Shown here piece by piece: positions 1 through 6,894 of a stretch of 53,806 nucleotides of DNA (its first letter is position 1; every line of letters begins with the position of its first letter). Origin of the DNA: a virus. The notes under the pieces were generated by a model that saw only the letters and a list, made by a program, of their open reading frames with translations, ran no database searches and was not told where the DNA came from. Both the position numbers and the translations under genes were made by a program. The DNA lies in the IMG/VR virus record IMGVR_UViG_3300045988_065514. One strand, written 5' to 3'.

Positions 1-119
1 CTGGCTTACCAGATAACCGACCTTTCGGAGTTCAGCGGAGCCAGGGACAAAATCACGGACAGGCAGCTCGACCAGATCATCCAGCTCATAACCGACGATT
101 ACGGATTTCTGAACATGGC
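1..119. repeat. Terminal direct repeat copy 1 (circular-closure overlap)
   Basis: Bases 1-119 (ctggcttaccagataacc...ttctgaacatggc) recur base for base at 53688-53806. An ORF reads through the junction. Confidence 0.9.
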
Positions 120-411
120 AGAGATAATGCTTTTCTGCCGCAGATTCAAGAAAGGAAGCTACGACAAGTTCTACGGAAGCGTTGACCCTATCGCAATCAT
201 GCAAGGGTTGAACGTGTTCTGCAGGGAGCGCAACGAGGCATACGCCAAGAGAGACCGCCATCTGCAGGAGGTGAAGGATTGGGACGACATGCACAATCCG
301 AACAACATGACTCACGAGGAGGCAATCATCATCAATCAGATGCAAGCCGAATACGCAATGAACACAAGAGAGCAGGACATGCTCACAGAACAGAAATACA
401 AACAAGTTTAA
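1..411 (+). CDS. Hypothetical protein, 3' part of an ORF that wraps the circular junction
   Basis: Frame 1 is open from base 1 (LAYQITDLSEFSGARDK...) to TAA at 409-411. The same frame is open at the window end from 53388. Confidence 0.55.
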   Translation: MAYQITDLSEFSGARDKITDRQLDQIIQLITDDYGFLNMAEIMLFCRRFKKGSYDKFYGSVDPIAIMQGLNVFCRERNEAYAKRDRHLQEVKDWDDMHNPNNMTHEEAIIINQMQAEYAMNTREQDMLTEQKYKQV

Positions 412-423
412 CAAGAAACAGAA

Positions 424-675
424 ATGGCAAGTTACAAGAATTTAGAGCGAATCCACGAGATCGCAGAGAGCCTCCCAAAGCTGGAGGACGCAAGAAAGTT
501 ATTGGCAGAATTTGGCAACGAGGTGAAAGTCATCGTACACAAGCCGAAAAAGGAGGAGCCAGGACGTTTCGTACAGGGAACGAGCATCATCCTGCCGAAG
601 GACGTGAAAATGAACATTTTGAATGTTCTCAATTTGGAAATTAACAAGCAGAAGGAGGAGCTGAAAGGACTATGA
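424..675 (+). CDS. Hypothetical protein (83 aa)
   Basis: ATG ORF, co-directional, packed 12 nt after the previous stop. Confidence 0.5.
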   Translation: MASYKNLERIHEIAESLPKLEDARKLLAEFGNEVKVIVHKPKKEEPGRFVQGTSIILPKDVKMNILNVLNLEINKQKEELKGL

Positions 676-926
676 TGAAAATTTGGAACCCAGTGGAGGC
701 ATACCGTAAGGCAAGCCAGCACAACAAGAACGAACAGATCCGCCACGAGGCGAAGGTCAAGATTTGCATCGGTGACTACACCGACAGCAAGGGTGTAACA
801 TACACGGCATTGCTGATTGACGGAATCCCAATCCAACGCATTACAGCAGACAACATCGTCGAGAGCGAGCTGCTGCTGGACAGCGTCCGCAAGGAGTACT
901 TCAACAAGCGAGCAATCGCAGGATAG
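672..926 (+). CDS. Hypothetical protein (84 aa)
   Basis: ATGA start/stop overlap with the upstream ORF. Confidence 0.5.
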   Translation: MMKIWNPVEAYRKASQHNKNEQIRHEAKVKICIGDYTDSKGVTYTALLIDGIPIQRITADNIVESELLLDSVRKEYFNKRAIAG

Positions 927-939
927 GAAGGAGGCGAGC

Positions 940-1329
940 ATGAACAATCAACAATTTTTCGAGAAGGTCGCCCAGATGCGCCAGCATCAAAAGACCTTCT
1001 TTCAAGCAAGACCAAGCTCGCAGGAACGTAAAGACGCTCTCATAGCGAGCAAGCGATTGGAGACGGAAATAGACCAGGAGATAGCGAGAGTGCAGGCAAT
1101 CCTTGCCAAGAAAGACATCTTCCTGGTTCAGTACAAGGACGTGGACGGAAGCATCGCAAGCAGCCTGGTAGAAGGCTTCGACATGGAGACCCAATACCGC
1201 CAGGGCTACATTGTCGCCAACATCACAAAGAGAACCGTAACATACAACGGCAAGGATTGGGAGGCGATGACGCTAAAGCCAGGAAGCAGCATGCCAACCA
1301 CCATGCAAGCGAAAGGAGGTGCAGCATGA
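940..1329 (+). CDS. Hypothetical protein (129 aa)
   Basis: Internal ATG of track ORF 817-1329, preceded by ggaaggagg. Begins MNNQQFFEKVAQ. Confidence 0.5.
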   Translation: MNNQQFFEKVAQMRQHQKTFFQARPSSQERKDALIASKRLETEIDQEIARVQAILAKKDIFLVQYKDVDGSIASSLVEGFDMETQYRQGYIVANITKRTVTYNGKDWEAMTLKPGSSMPTTMQAKGGAA

Positions 1330-1499
1330 GCAAGGCAGAGCAATACGTCCAGAAGCTGAAGGAATGCCAGCAGATGGATACAGAAGGAGGACACTGCGAG
1401 GCAGACAGAATCCTCCTGGACATCATCCGAAACGAGCTCGGAGAAGAGTACAAGCAAGTGATTGAAGAATACGAAGAGGTACCGAAATGGTACGCATAA
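1326..1499 (+). CDS. Hypothetical small protein (57 aa)
   Basis: ATGA overlap with the upstream stop. MSKAEQYVQKLKE...EEVPKWYA. Confidence 0.45.
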   Translation: MSKAEQYVQKLKECQQMDTEGGHCEADRILLDIIRNELGEEYKQVIEEYEEVPKWYA

Positions 1500-1518
1500 C
1501 CCATAAAACAAGAATAAC

Positions 1519-1869
1519 ATGGCAAAAACAAAAATGAAGAATCCGCAAGAGATTATCAGCACCAAGAAACTCCGCAACAAGGCAGCCAACGTCACAACCA
1601 AGGACGGAGAGGCATTTGTATGCGTGACAAAGACAAAAGACGAAAAGGTAGGGCTTTCATGGAAGGGAACGAAGCAAGACTTGCTCAACCTCCTCTTCAC
1701 AGCCTGCCGCAACGACAAGCAGATGGCAGCACTCATCTGCAGAGCCGCAAAAGACCACATCGACTACTGCAAGGGCACGCACCAGGACTGGGTCAACTTG
1801 ACAGCAGACATCGTTCAGCTCGACCAAGAGCTCGACACCAACCAGCATCAGGAAGGAGGCAACGCATGA
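1519..1869 (+). CDS. Hypothetical protein (116 aa)
   Basis: ATG ORF in the co-directional array. Confidence 0.5.
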   Translation: MAKTKMKNPQEIISTKKLRNKAANVTTKDGEAFVCVTKTKDEKVGLSWKGTKQDLLNLLFTACRNDKQMAALICRAAKDHIDYCKGTHQDWVNLTADIVQLDQELDTNQHQEGGNA

Positions 1870-2234
1870 ACGAAGAAGAGCACAGAGAAAAAATGATTGA
1901 CCGCAAATGGGGACTTCTTGATGCAATCGCCCAGGGCTACTGTCAGAACCCAGAGTTTGCAAGCACAGACTACGAGCCATTGGCAGACATGATTGTCCGA
2001 ACAGCGAATGCGGTCACAGAGAGAATCCTGCAGGATCCCCGAATCAAAGCAACAGACGCTATCGAGAAAGGGGACGTCATCAAGAGCAAAACGAAGATGA
2101 TAACCGTAGGAGTTATTAGCACTTCCAAGAATGGCTTGAAGATTTTCAAGGGAACCACCGACGATGAGCCGAAAGAGTTCTGCGGCATTACAGCCCTAGA
2201 GGTTGAATACATCAACGGAAGGAAGGTGCCATGA
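1866..2234 (+). CDS. Hypothetical protein (122 aa)
   Basis: ATGA overlap with the upstream ORF. MNEEEHREKMIDRKWG... Confidence 0.5.
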   Translation: MNEEEHREKMIDRKWGLLDAIAQGYCQNPEFASTDYEPLADMIVRTANAVTERILQDPRIKATDAIEKGDVIKSKTKMITVGVISTSKNGLKIFKGTTDDEPKEFCGITALEVEYINGRKVP

Positions 2235-2458
2235 TTGAGCCAAAGAAGATACGCAAGGGCGATGTTGTGGCAACCAAGCACCAGAGCATCATCGTAGAGA
2301 GAATAGAAGGCGAAGGCGAAAACCTCGCCTTCTATGGAAAGATTTGCAACAAATACGGATGCCCAAGTGGAAAGACAAGCATCCACCGACACATCTACGC
2401 CTCCGTAATTTACAGAGTTACACGAGGAGCGAAAGTCATAATGAAACAAAACGATTAA
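2231..2458 (+). CDS. Hypothetical protein (75 aa)
   Basis: ATGA overlap with the upstream ORF. Confidence 0.45.
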   Translation: MIEPKKIRKGDVVATKHQSIIVERIEGEGENLAFYGKICNKYGCPSGKTSIHRHIYASVIYRVTRGAKVIMKQND

Positions 2459-2462
2459 GAAA

Positions 2463-3047
2463 ATGAAAAAAATCATGTTCAACGACAAATACGGTCTGAC
2501 AAAGGCAGTATTAGAAGGGCGCAAGACGCAGACAAGAAGAATCGGCTACCAGGGAACGTTTAAGCGTTACTGCAACTGCGGATTCGGCTTGGAAGGAGCG
2601 GACAAAAACAAGCTCTTCATCAATGACGGCAACGAGGTGGTAGCCAAATCCAAGTTCAAGATAGGCGAAGAGGTGGCGATTGCCCAGAGATACATAGACC
2701 TGGACGATAAGTTCTACAGACTTTGCGGAATTTACAAAGGCGGCATGAAGGGGTACTACAACAAAATGTTCGTTAAGGCAGACTTCATGCCGCACCGCAT
2801 CCACATCACGAACATTCGAGTAGAACGATTGCAGGACATCAGCGAAGGAGACTGCCTTGCAGAAGGCATCCAGGACATTGTGGGCAAAACGTACCCAGAG
2901 ACGCATTTATATCGCATCAAGAAAGGTGACACCTGCTACGGTACGCCAAGAAAGCCATACAGCAAGCTCATCGACAAGATATCGGGAAAAGGCACATGGG
3001 ACAGAAACCCACTCGTTTTTGTTTACGAGTTCGAACTTATCAAATAG
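2463..3047 (+). CDS. Possible ASCH/PUA-like domain protein (194 aa)
   Basis: The N-terminus MKKIMFNDKYGLTKAVLEGRKTQTRR resembles the opening strand/loop of ASCH domains. Judged by eye only. Confidence 0.4.
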   Translation: MKKIMFNDKYGLTKAVLEGRKTQTRRIGYQGTFKRYCNCGFGLEGADKNKLFINDGNEVVAKSKFKIGEEVAIAQRYIDLDDKFYRLCGIYKGGMKGYYNKMFVKADFMPHRIHITNIRVERLQDISEGDCLAEGIQDIVGKTYPETHLYRIKKGDTCYGTPRKPYSKLIDKISGKGTWDRNPLVFVYEFELIK

Positions 3048-3212
3048 CAGAGCCATGGAGGAAACAAAATACAAGCTCCAGCAAGCCGCAAGCGGAATGC
3101 AGGACACACAGGGCAGCACCTGGATCAACGCCTGGAACCAATACGGAACAGCATCCCTGTCCGAGGTACCAGGAAGAAAATAAATTTAAAACACTTAACA
3201 AAGCAAGAAATT

Positions 3213-4070
3213 ATGGGAAAGAACAAAAAGCGCAACAGATGGAACAGCCAGCCACGCAAACAGGAGAATCCGCTGGCACAGCAGCAGAAAATGGTAGCAC
3301 CAAAAGCGGTGCGTGATTATTGGGCGAACAACCTCACGCCAGACGAACAGGAGATATTCAACACCCCGATAGCGGTAGCACAGCAGGCAGGAGTCATGCA
3401 GCGACTCGGATATCTTACAGCCGCATTCCTTCACATTCACAGCGTACAGAGCCTCCTGTTCGGAGAGATGCAGAACATCGTCGAGGATTGGGGATTGCTC
3501 ATCAAGGGAGTGCAGCCCGTCATCAATTCCCTGCTGAACAGCGAGGACAAGTTCTTCAACGTCATGCACGACCTGGTGAAGAACCAGAGCACAGGCATAA
3601 AGGAGACCTACACCCAGGACGTGGACGCATTGTTCGAAAGAATCACCCGATGGGAAGGAATCCCAAAGGTCTGGAAGCCTGGCGACGAACAGAAGCTGGA
3701 GTGCAGAGCGAGAATGGACGACATCATCGGCAGCTTGAAGCAGGGAGTCTTGAAGCTGAAGGAGCAAGACATGGAGCCAGAGCCAAAGGAGGAAGCGAGA
3801 ATCTTCTACGCCATCGCAGAGATGAACGAGGATGAGACAAGCACCATCATCGAGCAGGACATCGCCAACAAGGGTATGGCTGCCATCAAAGCCAGGAACC
3901 TCGCCAAGAAGAACCCCGACAAGATGTACGTCCTTTTCGAGCAGCGCATGCAGGTTCAAGAGACATGCCACATGACACCATTCAAGGCAGTACAGAAGCC
4001 AGCCGACCAAGACGAGGTGGTGAACGTAAAGATAGAACCAATGAAAAAAGGCAAGAAGCCGAAGGAGTAA
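3213..4070 (+). CDS. Hypothetical protein (285 aa)
   Basis: Long ATG ORF with a basic N-terminus and an acidic centre. Confidence 0.6.
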   Translation: MGKNKKRNRWNSQPRKQENPLAQQQKMVAPKAVRDYWANNLTPDEQEIFNTPIAVAQQAGVMQRLGYLTAAFLHIHSVQSLLFGEMQNIVEDWGLLIKGVQPVINSLLNSEDKFFNVMHDLVKNQSTGIKETYTQDVDALFERITRWEGIPKVWKPGDEQKLECRARMDDIIGSLKQGVLKLKEQDMEPEPKEEARIFYAIAEMNEDETSTIIEQDIANKGMAAIKARNLAKKNPDKMYVLFEQRMQVQETCHMTPFKAVQKPADQDEVVNVKIEPMKKGKKPKE

Positions 4071-4071
4071 C

Positions 4072-4500
4072 ATGAGCTACATAGACGAATTCATAAAATG
4101 GCTGGAAAAGCCACACAAGCGAGAATGGAGACCGAAAGAGGTACACCTTCTCGCAGTCACGAACAAGAAGACAGGCAAGGTCTGCGATATTGCCGTGACA
4201 CACGACGTTCCTCCTTTGAAGGAGAGAAAATGGAAACTGCAATGCATGTACCCAGAGAGCGAATACAGCTACGAGCGCATGCAAACCGACATCAGAAACA
4301 TAACAAAGCCAATGAGTGGAACAGGACATAGACTGCAGAGCACGCCATGCGCTCATTGCGGTCACGCTTACGAGAGCATAAACACTTGGGTCTGCGGCAA
4401 GACAGGGAAGCCGATATTCAACGGCAACCCTCCATGCGATGACCTCACGGACAAAAGACAGGAACTGAAATGGAAGAAAGAAGAGACAAAGAGTACATAA
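4072..4500 (+). CDS. Hypothetical Cys/His-containing protein (142 aa)
   Basis: Starts 1 nt after the upstream stop. HCGHAYESINTWVCGK...PPCDD could be a small metal-binding motif. Confidence 0.5.
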   Translation: MSYIDEFIKWLEKPHKREWRPKEVHLLAVTNKKTGKVCDIAVTHDVPPLKERKWKLQCMYPESEYSYERMQTDIRNITKPMSGTGHRLQSTPCAHCGHAYESINTWVCGKTGKPIFNGNPPCDDLTDKRQELKWKKEETKST

Positions 4501-4889
4501 TCGAGGTGACAGCTGACAAGGAACAGCAACAACAGGCTATCCTCCGTATTGCAATAGCAACAGGCATCGAAACCGAACGAATCGAAAATTGCATAGCCAA
4601 GCTGGAGAGCTACCGAATCCTAACGGAAGAGCGCAGTATTTACGTGGATACCAGAGGACGCATTCAAGAAGATATCCGAGATTACTACTGCCCAGAGAAG
4701 CTGGAGGATAAAGGATACTACTACTGCACAACCGACATCGAGCAGGAGATCCTGGAGGAGAAGCTACAGAATAAGCTCCGTCGCTTCCATGCCAGCAGGA
4801 AGTATCTGCCAAGAACGGCTCCAAAGGCAAAGCCATGGAGCTGGAACCGAATAAGGAGCCGCCCGAACACCAAGCACGGCTACCATTAG
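4470..4889 (+). CDS. Hypothetical protein (139 aa)
   Basis: ATG ORF overlapping the upstream ORF by 31 nt. The start is uncertain. Confidence 0.4.
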   Translation: MEERRDKEYIIEVTADKEQQQQAILRIAIATGIETERIENCIAKLESYRILTEERSIYVDTRGRIQEDIRDYYCPEKLEDKGYYYCTTDIEQEILEEKLQNKLRRFHASRKYLPRTAPKAKPWSWNRIRSRPNTKHGYH

Positions 4890-4896
4890 CCCGATA

Positions 4897-4941
4897 CCTC
4901 CACCACCTCCTCCGAAATGAGGGGGAGGGTTTGGGAGGGGG
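4897..4941 (+). other. C-rich tract followed by a four-G-run motif (possible hairpin or G-quadruplex)
   Basis: cctccaccacctcctcc (4897-4913), then gaaatga, then gggggagggtttgggaggggg (4921-4941). ctcctcc can pair with gggggag. Confidence 0.35.
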
Positions 4942-4949
4942 TGCGTGTA

Positions 4950-4989
4950 CCCACATACACGCAAGCAGGCGCACACCCACATGCACGCA
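4950..4989 (+). repeat. Two 14-nt direct repeats cccacat[a/g]cacgca in a CA-rich non-coding island
   Basis: 4950-4963 and 4976-4989 match at 13/14 positions with a 26-nt period. Confidence 0.5.
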
Positions 4990-5066
4990 CACGCATAGGG
5001 CGACGCAGGCAGCACACAACGAACGGAATACAAACAGACAGACAGAAACAAAGGAGAAAAAGACAA

Positions 5067-5276
5067 ATGACGAACATGGACGTATTGCTGATTTTAGGCA
5101 TCGTCGCATTCTTGGCGATGTACGCAGCATGGATGTGGGACGAGGTGAAGAAAGCAACACCAAACCCATACGATAGCGAAGAGAGCCAAAATAAGGGCGC
5201 ACAAGCGCACGAAATGACCTCGGACGAGGAAATACCAAGCAACGAAACAAAAACGCAGCAGGAGGCACGAAAATGA
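5067..5276 (+). CDS. Small membrane protein (69 aa)
   Basis: MTNMDVLLILGIVAFLAMYAAWMW is a hydrophobic helix, followed by an acidic tail. Preceded by aaaggagaaaaagacaa. Confidence 0.4.
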   Translation: MTNMDVLLILGIVAFLAMYAAWMWDEVKKATPNPYDSEESQNKGAQAHEMTSDEEIPSNETKTQQEARK

Positions 5277-5830
5277 GCCACAAGGAACAAATTATCATCG
5301 GAATTGACCCAGATGTCGATAGAAACGGAATCGCAATGCTCGACATGAGCACCCACAGCCTACAGGTTCAGATGCTCGCCTTCCCGAACCTCCTCGACTT
5401 CATCAAGGAGAAATACCGCCAATTCGCAGAAATTGACAAATGGGACTTCAAGGTCATCATCGAGGCTGGCTGGATGAACCGAGGCAACTACCACATACAG
5501 AGATGGCAGGGAAAGCAGGGCATCGCCAGCCTGGGCGTCGACCAAGGACGCAACGAACAGGTCAGCAGAACCATCGGGCAAATGATGGAGCATTGGGGCA
5601 TCCCCTACGAGTTCAAGAGACCGCTCCCTAAGTGCTGGCACGGCAAAGACCGCAAGATCACCAAAGAGGAGCTGGAGGAAATAACCTTACAGAAGCTGGG
5701 CAGGCTCAACCAGGAGGGGCGAGATGCCGCCCTGCTCGCCTGGGACTACGCTGGGCTGCCAATGCGCATCACGAGCGCAACCCTCCGAGGGCAGCCTTCA
5801 CCGAAAAACCCCATTTTTTCACGGAAATAG
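5273..5830 (+). CDS. RuvC-like Holliday junction resolvase (185 aa)
   Basis: IIIGIDPDVDRNGIAML (RuvC IxGIDPG-type first Asp), IIEAGWMN (Glu) and GRDAALLAWDY (C-terminal DAxxA motif). Confidence 0.55.
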   Translation: MSHKEQIIIGIDPDVDRNGIAMLDMSTHSLQVQMLAFPNLLDFIKEKYRQFAEIDKWDFKVIIEAGWMNRGNYHIQRWQGKQGIASLGVDQGRNEQVSRTIGQMMEHWGIPYEFKRPLPKCWHGKDRKITKEELEEITLQKLGRLNQEGRDAALLAWDYAGLPMRITSATLRGQPSPKNPIFSRK

Positions 5831-5856
5831 GCACAAATTGTGTTAATTTTCTCCCG

Positions 5857-5881
5857 AAAGTGATTACATTATAATCACTTT
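5857..5881. promoter_or_regulatory. Perfect palindrome AAAGTGATTA-N5-TAATCACTTT (operator-like site A)
   Basis: 10-bp arms at 5857-5866 and 5872-5881. Lies directly upstream of a TAAATTTG box. Confidence 0.45.
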
Positions 5882-5885
5882 TTCT

Positions 5886-5893
5886 TAAATTTG
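5886..5893 (+). promoter_or_regulatory. Bacteroidota-type -7 promoter box TAAATTTG
   Basis: Matches TAnnTTTG, 4 nt before ATG 5898. Confidence 0.35.
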
Positions 5894-5897
5894 CGGC

Positions 5898-6665
5898 ATG
5901 AGACAGAAGCAAGACAATACAAAGGACGTCCGAGAGGAGCAGGAGCACCTCTCGGATTTCATGGGTGATATCGGCAACTTCGACCTCCCAGACCTCGACC
6001 TCAACCTTGTGGACTTCCTGCCATCGGACGAGACGGAGGAGACAAGGTACACCCTGCCAAAGGTGGTACCGATGAAGGAGGACTTCGTGATGTACGACAA
6101 TGCCCAGAAGATGGCGAAGGAGCTGCGCCTGGGATTCGGGGAACGCTTCGATGCATTCGTGAGCGGTTCCTTCATATTCGGGGACTTCATCGAGGCGTAC
6201 CTAACAACCCAGCGAGCCTGCGCAAAGAAAATGACGATAAGCACGCTTTCGCTTAGCCAGAACAACGTGGACAGCCTGCACACCCTCATGGATAAGGGCT
6301 ACATCGAGGAATTGAACCTCATCATTAGCGTTTATTTTTGGGGCAACGAGCGAAGGAGCCTGGTTCCGTACATTTACAAGCAGCTGGACATTGGCGACCG
6401 ATTCCAATTAGCGGTGGCAGGCGTTCACACCAAGACCGTACACTTCGAGACCCTGGGAGGGCGCAAGATTATCATGCACGGATCTGCGAACCTCCGAAGC
6501 TCGGGAAACATCGAGCAGTTCACCATGGAGGAGAACCCAGAGCTGTACGATTTCTACGATGACCACTTCAGCAGGATCCTCGACAAGTACGCCACCATCC
6601 GCAAGCCGATACGCAACAGCAAGGCGTGGGATCTGTTCACACGCATGACATTTGATAAAAGTTAA
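5898..6665 (+). CDS. Possible phospholipase-D-like (HKD) nuclease family protein (255 aa)
   Basis: HTKTVHFETLGGRKIIMHGSANL resembles HxK(x)4[D/E]...GSxN. Confidence 0.45.
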   Translation: MRQKQDNTKDVREEQEHLSDFMGDIGNFDLPDLDLNLVDFLPSDETEETRYTLPKVVPMKEDFVMYDNAQKMAKELRLGFGERFDAFVSGSFIFGDFIEAYLTTQRACAKKMTISTLSLSQNNVDSLHTLMDKGYIEELNLIISVYFWGNERRSLVPYIYKQLDIGDRFQLAVAGVHTKTVHFETLGGRKIIMHGSANLRSSGNIEQFTMEENPELYDFYDDHFSRILDKYATIRKPIRNSKAWDLFTRMTFDKS

Positions 6666-6691
6666 ATTTCAAAAACAAAGGAGAACGAGCC

Positions 6692-6817
6692 ATGAGTAGT
6701 AGCGGTTCAGAACACAAGAGCGGAGGCAGCGTCCTCCACGGCAGCACCAAGGCATCTGGGCGAGCAAATAGCGTCCTGCCATTCTCCGCATTCAGCGGTG
6801 GTGCCGCACCATTTTAA
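6692..6817 (+). CDS. Candidate small Gly/Ser-rich ORF (41 aa)
   Basis: ATG 8 nt after aaaggagaa in an otherwise empty 229-nt gap. MSSSGSEHKSGGSVLHG... A hairpin follows. Confidence 0.3.
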   Translation: MSSSGSEHKSGGSVLHGSTKASGRANSVLPFSAFSGGAAPF

Positions 6818-6837
6818 CAACAATTCCAGACAGGAGA

Positions 6838-6862
6838 GGCGAGCCTTGAAGAAGGGCTCGCC
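6838..6862 (+). terminator. Hairpin ggcgagcc-N9-ggctcgcc
   Basis: Perfect 8-bp GC-rich stem followed by ttcactgctt (weak T tract). Confidence 0.35.
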
Positions 6863-6894
6863 TTCACTGCTTAAACCAACGAAAGACAAAAAGC

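Noticed and set aside
1-119. Terminal repeat as a genuine phage DTR or the LTR/IR of a mobile element.
   Set aside because: The repeat sits in the middle of a continuous ORF and is exactly identical, which fits an assembly overlap of a circular molecule. This cannot be fully excluded without read-terminus data.
279-644. Alternative-frame + strand ORFs such as 279-644, 3320-3835, 9544-9972, 12396-12947, 38511-38996 and 50020-50352.
   Set aside because: They are Arg/Gly/His/Gln-rich translations that overlap better-supported genes in another frame. That composition is typical of out-of-frame reading of this genome.
3195-4073. 292-aa minus-strand ORF. Similar long antisense ORFs occur at 6871-7827, 7924-9039, 20066-20929, 21179-21868, 27670-28476 and 28603-29664.
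   Set aside because: Each lies entirely antisense to a + strand gene that has recognisable motifs or fits the packed gene array. Their translations are Leu/Val/Cys/Ser-rich low-complexity sequence. They have no independent promoter or terminator. They are best explained as shadow ORFs caused by plus-strand codon bias.
4917-5066. Upstream part of track ORF 4917-5276 (MRGRVWEGVRVPTYTQAG...).
   Set aside because: It translates the G-run/CA-rich non-coding island into Arg/His/Thr-rich sequence. The hydrophobic protein begins sensibly at ATG 5067, after an AGGAG-like motif.
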